Of a stretch of 64,000 nucleotides of DNA, positions 1 to 11,777 are shown one piece after another. The stretch spans positions 2,528,001 to 2,592,000 of the forward strand of contig OZ271854.1 in assembly GCA_965601925.1 (NCBI GenBank), written 5' to 3'. The translations under genes were made by a program, and so were the position numbers. Every line of letters begins with the position of its first letter. The first letter of the stretch is position 1. The notes under the pieces are model-generated. The model did no database searches. It worked only from the letters and a program-made list of their open reading frames with translations, and was not told the DNA's origin. This stretch comes from Alkalispirochaeta sp. Its GTDB lineage: Bacteria; Spirochaetota; Spirochaetia; DSM-27196; Alkalispirochaetaceae.

Positions 1-1
1 C

Positions 2-2035
2 GACGAGGAGTTTCTCAGGCTTCGTAAAACCCTCTCCTCGCTTCCCCTCAACATCAAGATCGCTACCGAAGAGTGTATCGGCGAGGGTAAGGGGTCCGCG
101 GAGAGCATCAATGAGCTCATCGACCTATTAATCGGCGGGGCCTCTCCCGTTAAGATCGCCGATCACGTCTCCAAGACGATCGGCAAGAAGCTCGAAGTTC
201 CCCGAGGCTACCAGAAGCGAAGCGGGCTCGCCTTCGAGGAGGAGCAGCAGACGCTGCTCTACCGCTTTCAGCACGTCGTCCTGCCGATGCTGCGTACCGC
301 GCTTCTCATCGGTCTCGCGACGGCCGTGGTGGGCCTGCTCGGCCATCGCTTCGTCTATCGACCGATTCACGCCGCTATACTCTACCAACGCGGCTACGAG
401 TATGCGCTCGAGGATCGATATCAGTTGGCCAACGATACCTTTTTTCGCGCGTGGCAACTGCGGCCGCGAGATCGTTGGTTTACCGAGTACGCGGAGTTGT
501 ACGTTGAGAAGAGGCAGTATCAACTCGCCGTGGAGAAGTACGACGAGCTCGTATTCGGCATGGACGAGGCGACGCGCGAGTTTCTGCGTCGGGCGGTCTC
601 CGAGAGGCGTCTGATCGAGAGCGTGCCCGTCGGACCGCGGGAGCGCAGACAGATCTACGATCTTCTCAACGTCAATCGCGAGGCGATTCTCGACCATGGG
701 GCGTTGCAGTCTGAGGTGTTGGCGAGTTATGAGCGCGCCGACGAGCTGTACTCGATCGTTCTTTTCGGCGACGAGTACGACTACGACGCTCTGTTGGCGC
801 GAGGGGACAATTTCATGCGGTGGGCCGACGAGAACCCCGAGCGCTACGAGGATGCGCGTCTCGCCTACGCCGGACTGTTGGCGCGCTACGGCGATACCGA
901 CGAGATTCTGATGCGTTTTCTACGGTACTTCGTGCGCACCGACAACGCCGAGCGGGTCGAAGAGCTCGTCGATCTGTTCGAGGAGCAGGCGCCGCAGGCC
1001 GAGGTCGACCCGGAGATATACGCCGGTGCGGCGGGCTATATGATGGATCGAGGCCGCGTCACGGGGATCAGAGAGATGCTCATACGCTCCTATCAGCGCG
1101 ATCCGCTCGTGCCGGAAGTGCACTATGAGTTGGCCCGCTACAGTCGGGTCGTGCAGGCCCCCATTCAGGAGCGCGAGGCTCTTGAAAACGCGCGGCAGGC
1201 CTTCGCGCTCGCCGAGCCGCTCTCGCCTCGACGCTTGATGCAGCAAATCGATACCGATATCCGAAGCGGCGAGTATTGGTACGAACGCGATGAGTTTTTG
1301 CAGGCGAGGGGCGACTTCGACGCCGCACGACGACGATACGAGACGGCGCGCGAGTCCGGTTTCATCTCCGCCGAGGCGCATTTGGCCCGCCTCTATGCAC
1401 GCCTGGCCGATTTGGAATATTTCCAGGGTGGCGACCTCGAGTACGCATTGGATCGCTACAATCGCGCCTCCGCCGAGGGGTACGAGACCGACGAGCTCAA
1501 TTATAAGCGCGGATTCATCCACTTCGTTGCGGGACGATTCGATCAGGCGGTCGACCGCTTCTACGACATCGGATCGTCCAACGCCTTGGTGGGGCCCGAC
1601 ACCGTCCTCTACGCGCGAGCAAATACGCTCTTTCTGCGAGAGAACTTCTTCGGCGCCGAGGCGTTCTATCGTGAGTTGCTCGATCGACTGGACGCCCAAC
1701 GTGACGCAATCCCGACCCTTCTGGTCGAGGAGAATCCGGCTCACCGCGCCGTCGTGGAGAATCTGATTCGCGTCAATAACAACCTCGGTGTGACCCTTTT
1801 TCAGATTTCCGAGCGCGACGTCACACAAGAGGAGCGCCTTTCGGAGGGGTTGAGCCTTCTCACCGAATCGGCGGAGCTGTCGGAAAACTATCTGCGCGAG
1901 GACGAGACGGGCGAACGGGCGGCGGCGACGAACCTGGCCTTTCTTAACATACGCGACATCCTTTATCCCGCCGGAGATTTCGAGCCGCGAATATATGAAC
2001 AGCTGCCGCGCGATATAGCCCAAGAGCTCTTTTGA
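2..2035 (+). CDS. flcA: Periplasmic flagellar collar protein FlcA-like TPR protein (5' end lies outside the window)
   Basis: The frame is open from nt 2 (DEEFLRLRKTLSSLPLNIKIATEE...VPRGYQKRSGLAFEEEQQTLLYRF) into ORF 287-2035. One TM segment is followed by TPR-like helical repeats, resembling spirochaete FlcA. Confidence 0.75.
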   Translation, partial: DEEFLRLRKTLSSLPLNIKIATEECIGEGKGSAESINELIDLLIGGASPVKIADHVSKTIGKKLEVPRGYQKRSGLAFEEEQQTLLYRFQHVVLPMLRTALLIGLATAVVGLLGHRFVYRPIHAAILYQRGYEYALEDRYQLANDTFFRAWQLRPRDRWFTEYAELYVEKRQYQLAVEKYDELVFGMDEATREFLRRAVSERRLIESVPVGPRERRQIYDLLNVNREAILDHGALQSEVLASYERADELYSIVLFGDEYDYDALLARGDNFMRWADENPERYEDARLAYAGLLARYGDTDEILMRFLRYFVRTDNAERVEELVDLFEEQAPQAEVDPEIYAGAAGYMMDRGRVTGIREMLIRSYQRDPLVPEVHYELARYSRVVQAPIQEREALENARQAFALAEPLSPRRLMQQIDTDIRSGEYWYERDEFLQARGDFDAARRRYETARESGFISAEAHLARLYARLADLEYFQGGDLEYALDRYNRASAEGYETDELNYKRGFIHFVAGRFDQAVDRFYDIGSSNALVGPDTVLYARANTLFLRENFFGAEAFYRELLDRLDAQRDAIPTLLVEENPAHRAVVENLIRVNNNLGVTLFQISERDVTQEERLSEGLSLLTESAELSENYLREDETGERAAATNLAFLNIRDILYPAGDFEPRIYEQLPRDIAQELF

Positions 2036-2233
2036 CCCGCTGTGAGCATACGGTGTATGCTCACATCCTTTCCTAACACATGTATGGGGAAATACGCGCG
2101 ATACGGGCGCTCGGCATTCCGCCGAATGCGGGTGACGTATTACCGCAGAGGGCGACGGTGCGCAGCGCGACACGGTTCGGTCGGTGGCGGCGAACGTCGA
2201 TCTCATCTATAGTGGCGATATGGGAGGAGTCTC

Positions 2234-3385
2234 GTGGTAGATAATGTCGTTATTCTCGCCGGCGGTTCCGGTACACGTTTGTGGCCGGCGTCCATTCAGG
2301 ACCGACCGAAACAGTTTTTCGATCCCGGCACCGGACGGTCGCTCCTCCAGATGACGATAGAACGCGCAGCCGAGGTCGCTCCGAAGGCGACGGTCCTCAT
2401 CGTAACGCACGTCTCTCAGATGGAGCGCGTTCTCGACGATTGCCTCAAGCTCGGGAAGCTCCGCGAGCGGATTGTGATCCTTCCCGAACCGGAGATGCGC
2501 AATACCGCGCCGGCTCTCGCGTTTGCCGTCTCCTATCTTGCGGACAACGGTGCACTCGAGGAGACGTCTCTCGTTCTGCCGTCCGACCACCTGATCACCC
2601 CCGTAGACCTCTTTGCCGCCGACGTAGAGCGGGCCGACGCTTTGGCGCGCGAGGGACTTCTGGTCACGTTCGGCATTCAACCGACGCGTGCGGAGACCGG
2701 CTACGGATATATCGAGGCGGGGGAGACCCACGGTCAGGGTCACCTCGTGCGATCGTTTCGCGAGAAACCGGATGAAGAGACGGCGTTGCAGTACGTCGAG
2801 GACGGACACTTCCTATGGAACAGCGGAATGTTCGTCTTCCGCAACGCGGTCATTCGCGACGAGATAGCCGCCCATGAGCCGGCGATCGTCGCAACCTTCA
2901 AGGATTTGGAAACGTTGCCCTTTGAACAGCGACGTACCGCGCTCCCGGTGGTCAACCGCGAAGGGATCTCCATCGCCTGGAAGTCGGGCTATATCGATCA
3001 GCTGTACGCCAATCTACCCAAGATTTCGATCGACTACGCCGTCATGGAGCGCTCAAAACGCACGGCCGTCGTCGAGACCTCGTTCCGGTGGAACGATATC
3101 GGAAGCTGGGACGAGATGGCGCAGTTGACCGACGATGGTATCGTAGGAGATGTTGGGAATAACTCTTACACGCCCCGGGACGGTCGGCCCCGTCAACCGG
3201 CGGTGCAGATCGATTGTTCCGGCGCCTACGTGTACTCGGAGCTCCCGATTATTCTCTGCGGCGTTGAGGATATCTCGGTGGTCGTCAAGAACGGCCGCGT
3301 CCTCGTTGCGCAGCGGGGTAAAGGCCAACTCGTGAAAGACGCCATCGAGCAGCTGCGCGAGATGGGGCGCGAAGACGTCACGTAG
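2234..3385 (+). CDS. manC: Mannose-1-phosphate guanylyltransferase
   Basis: ILAGGSGTRLWP, PKQF, EPEMRNTAPA, PSDH, TGYGYI, FREKP, WNSGMF, ISIDYAVME and WNDIGSW motifs; SD GGAGG before GTG. Confidence 0.92.
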   Translation: MVDNVVILAGGSGTRLWPASIQDRPKQFFDPGTGRSLLQMTIERAAEVAPKATVLIVTHVSQMERVLDDCLKLGKLRERIVILPEPEMRNTAPALAFAVSYLADNGALEETSLVLPSDHLITPVDLFAADVERADALAREGLLVTFGIQPTRAETGYGYIEAGETHGQGHLVRSFREKPDEETALQYVEDGHFLWNSGMFVFRNAVIRDEIAAHEPAIVATFKDLETLPFEQRRTALPVVNREGISIAWKSGYIDQLYANLPKISIDYAVMERSKRTAVVETSFRWNDIGSWDEMAQLTDDGIVGDVGNNSYTPRDGRPRQPAVQIDCSGAYVYSELPIILCGVEDISVVVKNGRVLVAQRGKGQLVKDAIEQLREMGREDVT

Positions 3386-3429
3386 CGGGATGTGCGGCGC
3401 ATCGACGCGGCCAGATCCGAACCACCGAT

Positions 3430-4428
3430 CTATCGAGAGATCCAGCGGCGTAACACAGATGCGGTCTCCTGTGCGAGAATCCGGCTTAATCTATGCGCCG
3501 CTCCTTCGCCGCCGGTCGCGTCCGCGGCGGCCTCTTCCTCCTCGTCCACCGTCGCCATTACCGCCTCCCGCCGCCGTGCGAGGCGTACGAGTGGGCCGCG
3601 CATACCGCTCTGTTTATCGGCGACGAACAGCAGTGTCGAACGGATAAAACTCAACTCCTCGATCTCACCGGTCAGAATACGCACCCACGCCTTGACGTCC
3701 AAATCGCGCACCGGCGAATCGGACCGATGCGAGCCGCTTCCCTGTTGCTCCTCCAAAAACGCACTGTAGTTCCTGCGAATACTCTCGAAAATTTGTTTGA
3801 ATGTGCTCGCAAAAGTCTTTGAATACATCTCCAGGCGGTAGCTCGTCGCCTGTTCCTTGAGCTTGCGGTACGTCGCCGCCTCTTCGCGGTACTTCTGCAG
3901 TTGCAACAGGATGTTCTTGATCGCCGTGTTCATGCGTGCGCTCGGATCGGCGGCCAGAATCTCCTTGATATCACTCATGATTTCGTTGACGTCGCGAGCC
4001 GTAGTCGTATTCGTCTTTTCCTCCGCGGGTGTTCCGTTACCGGGAGCGACGCGTTCGCCGTCATCGAGCTGCTCTGAATGCGCCGGACCACTGAACGCAA
4101 GATCTCCGGAAAGTTGGCCCCTTTGACAACTCGATGCCAGGATCATCGCGGTCACGTGGCGCTCAAGATCGCCCAATCGTGCAAAGACCTCGCTGGAAAA
4201 CTCCGCCTCCGCAAGCTCGCTGAACAGGAATGCCAGCGCATGGCGCCGAAACTCGAATACACCGCCCTCAATCGCCCGTTCGAGCTCCGAGGCCGCTTTT
4301 CGCAGAACGGCCGCCGCCGCCTCGTCGTATCGCGACGAGGCGAGATACTCGTAGAGGTGCCGCGGGTGGCGCAGACGCTCGCGAATCTCGAACCATTCGC
4401 CGCTCGCTACCTGTTCCAGGCTCGCCAT
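3430..4428 (-). CDS. Hypothetical helical protein
   Basis: 332-aa ORF with coding-like composition; extended -10 (TGtTATGCT) 6 nt upstream of the ATG. Confidence 0.7.
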   Translation of the reverse strand: MASLEQVASGEWFEIRERLRHPRHLYEYLASSRYDEAAAAVLRKAASELERAIEGGVFEFRRHALAFLFSELAEAEFSSEVFARLGDLERHVTAMILASSCQRGQLSGDLAFSGPAHSEQLDDGERVAPGNGTPAEEKTNTTTARDVNEIMSDIKEILAADPSARMNTAIKNILLQLQKYREEAATYRKLKEQATSYRLEMYSKTFASTFKQIFESIRRNYSAFLEEQQGSGSHRSDSPVRDLDVKAWVRILTGEIEELSFIRSTLLFVADKQSGMRGPLVRLARRREAVMATVDEEEEAAADATGGEGAAHRLSRILAQETASVLRRWISR

Positions 4429-4552
4429 GGCTATAGCATAACAGCAAAGCCTGTGCGGGACGAGAACGCATTTTCACTCCATGATTTACACCAATGGAAC
4501 ATCGAGACGTAAAAAACCGATTTTAAGAAGCGGATACTGATTTCGATATTTC

Positions 4553-4581
4553 TTGACAGCAAATTTTGCGGTTGATATACT
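4553..4581 (+). promoter_or_regulatory. Sigma70 promoter of the outer-membrane protein gene
   Basis: TTGACA-17 nt-TATACT. Confidence 0.8.
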
Positions 4582-4658
4582 ACCCCGGAATCCTAAGATC
4601 AAGGGGTGGCAACGGGTCGTTGACCTTTAAGCCCCAACACATTGAGGAGGAATCTAAG

Positions 4659-5759
4659 ATGAGAAAACTTTCTCTGATTCTGCTCTCCCTGTTCATCGTG
4701 GCTGGTTTCGCGATGGCCGAGGAGATGAGCTACCCGGACGTAACGGTCAGCGGTAGCGTTCAACAAGCCTGGGGCTTCGGTGACAGCGCGTACAGCGATT
4801 TCGAGGGCGATACCAGCTCCGAGATTGACGTAGTATTCACCGCTATGGTAGATGCGGTTAACACTGCTGTCATCAAATTCGAGAATGGTCCCGTCGTTGT
4901 TGGTACGGACGGTTTGGAAGAGGAACTCGTTGAAATCGACGACGCATACTTCGACACCGATCTTGCTGCGGCGCTCGGTCTTGACGGTGTGATTCTCCAG
5001 ACTCGTGTCGGTTACTGGGCGGTGAACAACTTCAACGTAAGCACCGTGACGGGTCTTGAGTTTGAGAACGTCGTAGACGTCGACACCCAGTACTCCGCCA
5101 TCCAGTTTGAAGCCGGTCTTACCGACCTCTTCACTGCTCGGTTCGTCATCGCCCCCGGTGACGGCGATGCCATGGACGGTGTTGCCGCCGTTAAGGGTGG
5201 ATACGGTCCCATCACGGCTGAGGTTTTCTATTCCGACAAAGGTGGCCAAGAGCCCGGTTCTGGTGAGCTCGGCGTAGGCGTCGTTTTCTCCCAAGAGTTG
5301 GTTCCCGGCGTGGTCGATCTAAGCGCCGGTGCCGACTTTGCTTATGAGCTCGATGCCGCGGACGGCGCGTCCGATATCTTCTACGGTGTCGGCGCGAGCG
5401 CCGGTCTTCTCGGTGGCTTGAGCACCGTCGGTGTAAGCTTCAAAGGTCAGAGTGAAGCGGCTGCGGAAGCGCTCGGTTTCGATATTAACCTTGCTCCCGT
5501 ACCCTTCGCCGGTCTCGATATTGCAGTGGCTCTCGGACTGGACAGCGATCTCTATGATGAGACCCTCCAGTACTCTGAGTTCTCCGCATATCTGAAGCCT
5601 GGCGCGGCTGAGTTCCGTATCGGTTACGCGTTCTATGACGGCCCGAAGGTTGTCGACGCCGATGGTGACAGCTTGCTCTACGATGATTACAATGCCGGTG
5701 GTTTTATCTCCACCGCCGAGAGCGGCTTCATGTTCATCAACACCTCGGTCAGCTTCTAA
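4659..5759 (+). CDS. Outer-membrane beta-barrel protein (porin / major sheath protein-like)
   Basis: SD GAGGAGG, signal peptide MRKLSLILLSLFIVAGFAMA, alternating beta-strand pattern, C-terminal Phe (…INTSVSF), own promoter and terminator. Confidence 0.75.
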   Translation: MRKLSLILLSLFIVAGFAMAEEMSYPDVTVSGSVQQAWGFGDSAYSDFEGDTSSEIDVVFTAMVDAVNTAVIKFENGPVVVGTDGLEEELVEIDDAYFDTDLAAALGLDGVILQTRVGYWAVNNFNVSTVTGLEFENVVDVDTQYSAIQFEAGLTDLFTARFVIAPGDGDAMDGVAAVKGGYGPITAEVFYSDKGGQEPGSGELGVGVVFSQELVPGVVDLSAGADFAYELDAADGASDIFYGVGASAGLLGGLSTVGVSFKGQSEAAAEALGFDINLAPVPFAGLDIAVALGLDSDLYDETLQYSEFSAYLKPGAAEFRIGYAFYDGPKVVDADGDSLLYDDYNAGGFISTAESGFMFINTSVSF

Positions 5760-5786
5760 GCTGGTCTACGGTTAGTATGGATATGT

Positions 5787-5820
5787 AGGGCCATCCCCTT
5801 CGGGGGATGGCTCTTTTTTT
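5787..5820 (+). terminator. Rho-independent terminator
   Basis: AGGGCCATCCCC-TTCG-GGGGATGGCTCT followed by a T-run. Confidence 0.9.
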
Positions 5821-6376
5821 GTCTTTTTATGTGAGTTTGCGATTATCGTTCGATTGATCCATCTATTCTCTGTGTTTTTCAGGTGCGCGTATGGATGCTC
5901 AAACGGTGCCGTAAAAAGAAAGGGATTGGCACGGACGGTCTCTCCCGTCCGGTGTCGAAGCCTTAGTCCGGTGGAAACGCCGCCTTGTAAGCAATACGGG
6001 GTCCGTTCTCCCCCCACCAAACACCCACGGATGAGATTTTATTTCGATGCCTTTCGAGTTTTAAGTAAAGGAGTAACGAAGACTCACGGTCGTCTCGGTG
6101 ATTGCGAGTGTGTGAGCCCCATGCGTTTCTCTAAGATTAGTATCAACCGGGTTTTGATAGGCGAGATCATACATGACGAATACCGGTCAGTGGACCGGGC
6201 TGCCCGCACCTCCGGTGCGGGGTGGTGTGGCAGATCATGCTCAGCCACACTCGACAGATACTCGCAGGTACCATACACTTATCATCCCACCTTGGAAGCC
6301 CATTTGTGAAATGACGTTTTCTTGTGGGGTAATTTGGTTTGGAAGGGGGGCCCGGGCGACCCCGGGCCGGAGTTGC

Positions 6377-7015
6377 CTAATCGTCGATCTCGGCAAGGGG
6401 TACAACGATACGGTGGCGCGTTACACGACCTGACGATAGGCTGGTAATCGGAAGGGTTATGCGCGCCCTCCCTTCGGCAGGAAATCGACGACCGCGAAAG
6501 ACCGCCAACCCGAACGCAACGCCGCTTTTTTCTAGGGGTGAGCGTGTGACAAGCTCGCGATTGATAAGACGATTAAACCTTTCGCGACTAAAACCCGTTA
6601 TATCATCGTAAATGGCTGTTCCTTGCCAAAATCGACGTAATTCGGAGGGGGTCGACGCCATATAACTTCGATCGCCGAACGAGAGCTCAATTTCGCTCGT
6701 ATCGATGATCGCTCCCGGTTCGGTCGTCTCGACGTTGAGCTCAAAGACCATAAACTCCGCCGGCGTGAAGAGCATCCACGGCGCGACAAACGGTATTACG
6801 CGCTCGGTGTAACGGGCCTCTATCTCATTGCGGGAAAGATAGCGCGCCGTAATGGTGACCTCGTCGTTCACCTCCACAACGGCGCCGCCGCTCGAACGCA
6901 CGGGTGCGGTTACGCAACCTGACAGCATGATGAGGGCAAACGCGACGGACGCCGTGCATCTGCCGAGCCTCCGCGGTCGGTCGGGATTAGTCTTGGGTTT
7001 GAGTGTACAATACAA
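6377..7015 (-). CDS. Putative lipoprotein
   Basis: In-frame TTG at 7015 with SD GAGGAGG 6 nt upstream; hydrophobic stretch plus lipobox LSGC. Start is uncertain. Confidence 0.6.
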   Translation of the reverse strand: MYCTLKPKTNPDRPRRLGRCTASVAFALIMLSGCVTAPVRSSGGAVVEVNDEVTITARYLSRNEIEARYTERVIPFVAPWMLFTPAEFMVFELNVETTEPGAIIDTSEIELSFGDRSYMASTPSELRRFWQGTAIYDDITGFSRERFNRLINRELVTRSPLEKSGVAFGLAVFRGRRFPAEGRARITLPITSLSSGRVTRHRIVVPLAEIDD

Positions 7016-7691
7016 GAAATTCCTCCTCGGTCGTGGTGATACCCCACGGAAACAATAGATTTGATGTTGCGCTATCGATACCGGGAACGTAGTTGTCCGG
7101 GTTGAACACATAGGACTGCACGGAAAGTTGCCTATCGGGAGCTGCATCCGCCTCCCGTAGGAATAGAAGCCACGCTTGATCCCCGTGATTTGAGATGGCC
7201 CAGGCGGAGAATCCTTGGATCGCCCGCCGCCGTATCTCCATCGATATCGACTGGAGATTGAATCGCGTCGTTGCCAGTCCCCAGTCGAGTACCGGGATCT
7301 CAGTTCGTACCAGGAGCAGCGTGACGCCGTCGGCGTGGCTCGCCATCCCCATCGGAACGTATCCCGCCTCCAATAAGGCGTTCATCTCTCCTCCCAGACC
7401 GTTCATATCGGTTATCGTATGGAGCGAGACCTCGGAGATCGGCGTGTTTATGTTTTGGGTGTACATCACCATCACCGGTCGACCCGGTGCATGTTCCAAC
7501 CCCACCGGTAGATAACCCGCCTCTACCCACTGGGAGATTTCCACCGTTGCCTCTTCAATGTCTTGACTGTGAACTTGCAGTTCCCAAACTCGGATCGCGA
7601 CAGTTTGTGACCACAGAGTTGCGCTGCACCCGAAGATCAACGCGATTACAATAATTGCGGTGCGAGTAGCCTTTGTATGCACGTGTTTCAT
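6987..7691 (-). CDS. Exported hypothetical protein with internal ~50-aa repeats
   Basis: Start MKHVHTK with signal peptide; repeated (E/Q)xGY/FxPxG-like units (EAGYLPVG, EAGYVPMG, IQGFSAWA, NLLFPWG). Confidence 0.65.
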   Translation of the reverse strand: MKHVHTKATRTAIIVIALIFGCSATLWSQTVAIRVWELQVHSQDIEEATVEISQWVEAGYLPVGLEHAPGRPVMVMYTQNINTPISEVSLHTITDMNGLGGEMNALLEAGYVPMGMASHADGVTLLLVRTEIPVLDWGLATTRFNLQSISMEIRRRAIQGFSAWAISNHGDQAWLLFLREADAAPDRQLSVQSYVFNPDNYVPGIDSATSNLLFPWGITTTEEEFLVLYTQTQD

Positions 7692-7873
7692 TTGATACCT
7701 CGCATACCATACGCTATCACGATAGCCCGGTCTGCTCCAAGCAAACGCCGTCACTCCGTTTGGTCTCGATAGACGGTCATGTATCTTTTCCACGAAATGA
7801 AGCGTAAATAGAAGCATCGTGCCCCTCGCGGCGGTAATGGTGAGTGAAACCAATCTTCTAAAGGAGGAGTCGC

Positions 7874-8344
7874 ATGAACGACCTCAACTCGATCATTGTC
7901 GAAGGGAACCTCACCCGCGATCCGGTGCTGTCGACGACGCCGAACGATGTATCGGTGTGTAATTTTTCAATAGGGAGTCACCATATGTACAAGAAGGGGG
8001 ACAAGCAACACACCGAGACGTCGTTCCTCGACGTTGAAGTCTGGTCCAAGCTTGGAGAGAACTGCGCCGAGTACCTGCGGAAAGGACGTGGAGTACGAGT
8101 CGTCGGGCGACTTAAGCAGGATCGGTGGAAGGATGGCGAGGGTAAGTCGCGCTCGCGCCTCAAAATTGTCGCCGAGCACGTTGAGTTTCGTACGATGAAG
8201 CGTAAAGTCCAAGAGGACGAGACGGAACGCGATAAGGCGGAAGAGCTTGAGGGCGTCGTCGTATCCGATCCGGTCCCCGCCGGCGATCCGCATCCCTCCG
8301 TTGCGCGGGTGAACCAAGCGACCGAAGAGCTCAGCGTTTTATGA
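7874..8344 (+). CDS. ssb: Single-stranded DNA-binding protein
   Basis: NSIIVEGNLTRDP, FLDVEVW, YLRKGRGVRVVGRLKQDRW OB-fold motifs; SD AAGGAGGAG. Lacks the canonical acidic DIPF tail. Confidence 0.9.
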   Translation: MNDLNSIIVEGNLTRDPVLSTTPNDVSVCNFSIGSHHMYKKGDKQHTETSFLDVEVWSKLGENCAEYLRKGRGVRVVGRLKQDRWKDGEGKSRSRLKIVAEHVEFRTMKRKVQEDETERDKAEELEGVVVSDPVPAGDPHPSVARVNQATEELSVL

Positions 8345-8404
8345 GTCCATTGGTAATGCTTGACGTAATCCGGTGCGCCGAGATATTGTAGTGACGTGCA
8401 GCAG

Positions 8405-8467
8405 ATGGAAAAGAGCCGTACTGCATACAGTTCTCCGGTGACATTTCAATGGTGGTGGGCCGTATAG
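8405..8467 (+). CDS. trpL: trp operon leader peptide MEKSRTAYSSPVTFQWWWAV
   Basis: 20-codon ORF with three tandem TGG codons (8450-8458) upstream of the attenuator and trpE; candidate promoter TTGACG(8360)-18-TATTGT. Confidence 0.85.
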   Translation: MEKSRTAYSSPVTFQWWWAV

Positions 8468-8529
8468 ATCGGTCCGCACCACAATAGTAATGAGCGGACC
8501 GTCGTGTATGGTCCGCGGTTATGAAGAAG

Positions 8530-8555
8530 AAGCCGCGTGTATACGCGGCTTTTTT
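8530..8555 (+). terminator. trp attenuator terminator
   Basis: AAGCCGCGT-GTAT-ACGCGGCTT plus TTTT, about 100 nt before trpE. Confidence 0.85.
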
Positions 8556-8652
8556 ATTGTCCAAAGAGGCAGATGGATAGTGCCTTTCGGGTGTATATGG
8601 CGATTGATGTTTCAATGAGCACGGGGAGCCAAAGGATCTTTCAGGAGGGATA

Positions 8653-10055
8653 ATGGCTGAACGCAATCAGGTGATCAAGGTCTTGTCTGGAGAGCGGTTC
8701 ACTCCGTATACCCTTGCGCGCAAGTTTCAGGCGCGGGCGGTACTGGAATCGGCGACGTTCAACGGTGGTCGTGCACGCTATTCTCTGCTCATGGTGCGCG
8801 AGGCGTTTCGCCTCTTTCAGCGGGATGATGCGGTGTTTTTTGACGACGGCGAGACACAGTATCGGGTCAAAAGCGATGCGCGGGACATCCTCGATGTCCT
8901 TGCATACTTCGCCGATCAGCATCGCCCCACCCAACAGGACTTTCCCTTCCCGTCGGGGGGGATCGGCTATCTGTCCTATGAGTTTGCGAGGTTTTGCGAC
9001 ACGATCCATTTTCGGGATCGCCCCGATCCTACCGGCCTCCCCGACGCACTGTTCATCTTCGGGCACGTTTTAATCGTCTTCGATCATTATAGCGATCTGC
9101 TCTATCTGATCGGACTCAACTATCGCGAGCATTCCATCGATCTGGATAAAGCTATTGCCGAGACCGAGGAGGCGATCCACGATCTTAACTTCAACTATAT
9201 GCAGGCGACTACGGAGACCTACCGGACGGAAATCGTGCACGACCCCGACGATCGTGAGCGCTTCGAACGTGGGGTGCTGAAGGTGAAAGAGGAAATCGTC
9301 GCCGGAAATCTTCTCCAAGGCGTTCTTTCGCGTCGTCTGAACGTACGCACGGGCATGCCGGCTCTAGAGGCGTATCGTCGTCTGCGTTCATCCAACCCCG
9401 CGCCGTATCTGGTGTATCTCGATTTCGGCGAGTTCCAGCTCTTCGCAGCTTCTCCCGAAATGCACGTTCGCGTCAAAAATGGTCGTGCCGCTATGCGTCC
9501 GATCGCCGGGACGAGGCGGCGCGGCGCAACCGACGAAGAGGACACGGCGTTGGAACGAGAGCTGTTGGCCGACGAGAAGGAGCGCGCGGAACATCTCATG
9601 CTCGTCGACCTTGCAAGGAACGATCTCGGGCGCGTCTGCATACCTGGAACGGTCGAAGTGACCGAGTCCTACGCCGTCGAGCGCTATTCCAGAGTGATGC
9701 ACATTGTGAGTCAGACGGAGGGGCGGCTCATGGAGGGTAAATCGGGCCTCGACGCCCTTCGCGCGACGTTTCCCGCCGGGACATTGAGCGGAGCGCCGAA
9801 GATACGCGCGATAGAGACGATCGATCGTATTGAGGCGGTGCGTCGCGGCTTTTACGGGGGCGTGGTGGCCTATGTGGAGCCGGGCGGCAATCTCGACAGT
9901 TGTATTACGATTCGCTCGGGGTTGCGGCGCGGCGATGAATTGATTCTTCACGCCGGGGCGGGAATTGTGCACGACTCCTCTCCCGAGAGAGAGTTCGAAG
10001 AGACGAACGAGAAGTTGGCGGCTCTGGTACGAGCCGTCGGACTGGAGGACGACGC

Positions 10056-10059
<4 letters not shown>
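8653..10059 (+). CDS. trpE: Anthranilate synthase component I
   Basis: GGIGYLSYE, NPAPY, ASPE, RPIAGTRRRG, KERAEHLMLVDLARND, FPAGTLSGAPKIRA, AGAGIVHDS. Confidence 0.96.

Positions 10060-11766
<1,707 letters not shown>

Positions 11767-11777
<11 letters not shown>

Noticed and set aside
920..2206. 428-aa antisense ORF, and similar long shadow ORFs (17856-19097, 35766-36914, 39497-40573, 62125-63249)
   Set aside because: Opposite-strand or alternate-frame shadows of well-supported genes in GC-rich DNA, with no recognisable motifs.
8345..8652. T-box or TRAP regulation of trp
   Set aside because: No T-box consensus or (G/U)AG repeat array; the leader peptide explains the region.
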